NCBI RefSeq assembly: GCF_048593235.1
Contig: NC_133621.1
Coordinates: 204,435,238-204,499,237 of the forward strand
From: Sminthopsis crassicaudata
Taxonomy: Eukaryota
Length of the DNA stretch: 64,000 nucleotides
Reading direction: 5' to 3'
Shown here: in pieces, positions 59,829 through 64,000 of the stretch
How the letters are laid out: every line of letters begins with the position of its first letter
How positions within the stretch are numbered: the first letter of the stretch is position 1
Program-made: the position numbers and the translations under genes
Notes under the pieces: model-generated
Told to the model about the DNA's origin: nothing
Database searches by the model: none
Seen by the model: the letters and a program-made list of their open reading frames with translations, nothing else

Positions 59829-61734
59829 ATATCATTTAGTCAGCCAGATTCAATTAGTTTTTAGAAATGATATTTACTAAGGCAGTACTGTAAAAATAGC
59901 TAATGAAAACATCTTCCAAGTCTGTGAAACTCTCCCACCAATACTGAGAGTCTAAGCAAAAGCTCAAGTTTTCAGAAACATGCTCAGAAGTAAGCTCCAA
60001 TCTTGTCTCCCGTCCTTCTTTGTTGAGTGCTCAAGATATTTTCCTTGGGCATAATGACTTCTTTATTGTACTCTTTGTAGAGCTATGAATCTGTGTCCAG
60101 TAAGTCCTTGGCTCCTGAGGAAGCCAAGGCTAGTAGATGTTCTAAGGACACCACTACAATGATGATGGAAAATTCTTAGAACCTCCAAAGTCTGCAAGGT
60201 CCTCCTTTGACCCAAGTGGGGTAGGACAACAATGATGAAGTAGAAATGTTTTTTTCCTTTTCCACTCTCACCAGGCAGCAACTCTAAGGGGATTAAACTG
60301 GAATATCCTATTCTTGTTTGATACTCCTTGGAATTCAAATCTCTTGATTTCACACTGATCTGCTACTTTATAGAATGATAGAGCTTGACCTAATTGTGTT
60401 TAAAATAAACATTTTACTTACTAGGTATGGATCCATGAGCAAATTGTTCCTCTCCAACAGCACTCCAGTTCAATGACTCATCAGAGGTATCTAAATTGAT
60501 CAAAGCTTTTTCATATTTAAATTAGGATGTTTTTGATTTGATTCAACAGAGATGTGTTTCCATCTGGTTAAAGTACTAGAAGCTAAGCATTTAAAATAAA
60601 TCACAGTTAGGTCTGGTGAGAGAATCTGATTTTATTCAGTTGATCCCACCCTTATTCAAGTTTGTTTTATCCTATCAAATTAGTTTATTCTCCTTCAGAA
60701 AAAAAAAAATTACTTCCGCTTTGCCTCTCATCTCTGAACATTAAACTTTTTGTCCTCAACACCAGACTTATTCTTCCTTCTTGCTTTCAATGTGTGTGTG
60801 TGTAGGAGGGTCATTTTAATTTTCCTTAACTTTTTCTGTGTGCGCAAGCTTCAGTACACATGTAAACATTTTATATTTTGCCTTGTGTCTTTTTCCCCAT
60901 ATTCTGTATTTTATTATTTGCTCCCAAATCTGCAGTTCCATAATCTTTTTACATGCCTCCTCTGCCCCTTTTCTTTTCTATCAAAGCATTCACTTACACG
61001 ATCAGAATTTCACTTTTGAGTACTCCTCTGCTCTCTTGCACCATCTTCTCTTTCAGGTTGTGGATGAATCACATTACATCCAGAGATCTCAGGTTGTTCG
61101 TCTGTAAATGAGGGGCATTGGATGGGATGGCTTCCAGGGTTCTTTACAGTTCTAAGTCTATGAGCCTACCTTTTCTCTAAACTTTTTGAAACTGATGGTA
61201 CTAAACTATATAATAGTGTTTTATCTATATCACTGATTTTCTGCTCAGATATCAAGAATTCTAGGGTCATCCAAGCCTTTGTCATTTGCCTAGATTATTA
61301 TAACAATTTCCCAAATTGGTCTCTTAGCATTCAGTCTCTTCCTTCTCCATTACATCCTTTTCACATCTGCTAATATTTCTAAACTATGGGTCTGACCATG
61401 TTGCTTTATTGCTCAAGAAGTTTCAGCTTTATTTCATCCTCTTTGCCTCAATGACAAAATAAAAGCTCCTTTGGCATTTAAATCTTATCAAAATCTGGCT
61501 TTATCTATTTTTCCACAAAAATTACATAGTCCTCCCCCCCCCCCCCGTCTTGCACTCTGTTGTAGTTAAACTGGTTTATTTAATATTCTTTGTAACACAA
61601 CATTATAATTTTTGTCTTGGTCTTTCACAGAATGACTTACACAGAAATGTGTTTTGCATGACTAAAACCTATGCCTTCTCACTGAGGGGGGAGGAAAAGA
61701 ATGGAGAGAATTTGGAACTCAAATTTTGTTTTTG

Positions 61735-61876
61735 TTTTTTTTGCTGAGGCAATTGGGATTAAATGACTTGCCCAGCATCACACAGCTAGGAAGTGTTAAG
61801 TGTCTGAGATTAAATGAACTCAGGTCCTCTTGACTTCAGGACAGGTGCTCTACCCATTGTGCCACTTAGCTGCCCT
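61735..61876 (-). mobile_element. WSINE/Mar1-like SINE inserted in an L1 3' tail
   Basis: ttttttgctgaggcaattggg...cacttagctgccc, flanked by a ggaactcaaattttg TSD. Confidence 0.85.
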
Positions 61877-64000
61877 GGAACTCAAATTTTGAAAAAAAAT
61901 TTTAAAAATTATTTTTATATGTAATTGGGAAAAAATAAAATGTCAAAAAATCACCTAAAACCCCGTAGTTAATATAGTTGATATTGCTATATTCTAGTCA
62001 TGAATCCCCTCTCACCAACTTTCAGTGGTATCTAGGAGTTTTTCGAGCATTAAATTCTCAAGTTCCTTTAATTGTTCATACTTAAACATATAATTATATA
62101 AAGCCATAGGCATTATTCTCAACTCTCTTTCCAATTATTTTCTCTGAATTCCTGGGTACCTCTATCCGCTAATATTCTTTCTTGTCATACTGTCCAATTT
62201 TTTATCTAGATTTAGTTTTGTCAGGGTCCCTTCTCTCCATCCCCACCAAGTTTCAATTCACAAATCCCTCAATCATGCTAAATTTTTCGTCAAATGAGTT
62301 TTTCCCAGTCCTCACTTGATGTATTGTCACTAACCAGTTCATGGCCCTCAAACCCTAATTTCTTTCTTCAAAAATTAATTCACTCTCCAAAATTTCAGCC
62401 TTTAATAGGGAAAAATTATAAAAACGATACCTGGAATCCAAGTCCATTTGTTCCATAATCCAGGACCATAGTTTCTAGTCTTTTTCTTCTAGTGATATAA
62501 ATTTTCTCCACAAGATGGTGGTAGTAGTCAGGTTTGACAAACTGTCAGCAACAGTTTCTTCATAAGATGAATTTGTGCTCTACAAAACAGGCTCTCTCCT
62601 GATTGGATACATCTTTTCAGCAGGAAATCAATCTTATCACAATACTTGGAGGGTTTCCTTTCTTCTATTGATATCTATTCTGGGGATATCCTTCCCTAGC
62701 AATTTCCAATTCACTTATTTTGGTAAGAGTTTTATTTTTATTCGTTATATAGCCCTAGTAATCCAGAATTTCTTCCCTGTGTTGTGGCATAATAGTGATG
62801 GATTTGGAACCAAGGTTGAGATTTCTGTCCCCCTCTGCCCTTATATATGACCATGACTGTAATTTCTTAATTTTATTGAAACTCGGTTTCCTATTATGTA
62901 AAATAAGGATAACACTACTAAGCAGTCTCTCTCTCTTTTTTTCCTTTCTGTCATATGCACATACTTTCTCTTTCATTTTTTCCCCCTTCTCTCATCTCTC
63001 CTTCCCTCCCTTCCTTCTTTAACCTCTTTCTTTTCCTTTCCCCCCCAAGAGCTCATACATATACATTTGTCAGGTAATTGCCTCTGGTAGGAAAATAAAC
63101 AGCACAATTCTTTTATGACATTACAATAGCTCCTTCTGTCCAGTTCTTGCCTCTCAAGTCCACCAATGCTTCTGCTTCCCCATGTTAAAATGAATTTGCT
63201 GATCCTATTAGTTACCAAATAGACTCAGGGCTCTGCTCATGTTCTTTCATTAAGATGCCTTTCATGTTTTAAAAATGTTGGCCTTTGCATTCACATTATT
63301 CTCCCAGCTGAAGCCTTCTTAATCATCCATTGCATGATGGTATTCCCTAGCTAAATGTTACTAGGAAAATGGTGCTTTATGAATCCACTACAGGTGTGTC
63401 ACAGTGAATAGCGTTCTCTCTCAAGCATTGGATCTGCCAATAAGGGGAAGGAAATGAGTCTGTGTGTCTTGTACCTCTACTTTATTTCCTCCCTAACAGT
63501 CCAGCCAGAATTACCGGTCTGAATTTCCTGTGGCAAGTGAGCTGACACTGGGTACAACTGAAGGGCATCTTCTCTCTTCCTTTTTGCATTCTTTTAGAAG
63601 CACCAATCCTTCCCCGCCTTCCCCAATCCCCTTTTAAAACCAAACCTGCAGTTTCATTGGTGTAGGGAATTCTCAATGAGGAAACTTCTATTAATGCACA
63701 TGAACAACTTCTAGCCTCAGAGAACCCTCTGGGAAAGAGCTTAGGTCACTTACCTTGATTCATACAAGTAGAATCCATCAGACATGGGACCTGCGCCTTT
63801 GAGGTTGGCTCACTATTCATTATTCTATTCTTTCCTCTACACTTTTTTCAAGTATATAGTTCTCACACATCACTGGATGTGTAGCTTGTCCTTTCTATGT
63901 CTGTCAATGGCAAATTCATTGACGTAGTTTAGAAAGCACTTATAAATGTGGAACGATGGTCACTACAAATAGTTAGCTTTTCTTCTTTCCCTCCCTTAAT

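Noticed and set aside
60152-60172. CACTACAATGATGATGGAAAA (HYNDDGK), resembling lysozyme HYWCDDGK
   Set aside because: Flanks do not align to exon 2 and there are no splice sites; a chance match.
1-64000. CRISPR arrays, tRNA/rRNA genes, prokaryotic defence systems
   Set aside because: None seen. The tRNA-like A/B boxes belong to SINE heads, and the periodic repeats are microsatellites, LTR subrepeats or segmental duplications.

Overview
This is AT-rich, repeat-dense mammalian DNA. WSINE1-type SINEs, marsupial L1 tails and an OC1-like hAT MITE suggest an Australian marsupial, probably a dasyuromorph (inference). There is no prokaryotic content and no CRISPR array. The window holds a c-type lysozyme (LYZ) cluster with four copies. 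P0 (minus) shows only exon 1 (1150-1258), with a damaged signal peptide but an open frame. Copy A (minus, 4532-9240) is an intact 4-exon gene encoding 147 aa, with 8 Cys and both catalytic acids. Copy B (plus, 27780-35025) is a decayed pseudogene that lacks its promoter and exon 2. Copy C (plus, 50172-52320) has clean exons 2-3 but no detectable exon 1 or 4. Units A and C face head-to-head and form old inverted arms with patches of very high identity. One patch is the exon 2-3 tract (6875-8452 vs 50091-52348). The other is an unexplained GC-rich 2.46-kb upstream block (19087-21550 vs 37509-39969). Neighbouring arm sequence is only about 70% identical, which points to repeated arm-to-arm gene conversion. 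The window also contains a two-LTR ERV provirus upstream of A, several solo LTRs, a young 5'-truncated L1 with an open ORF2 remainder, a 3.5-kb tandem duplication with an LTR at its junction, many SINE/L2 relics and two assembly gaps. All identity values are by-eye estimates.
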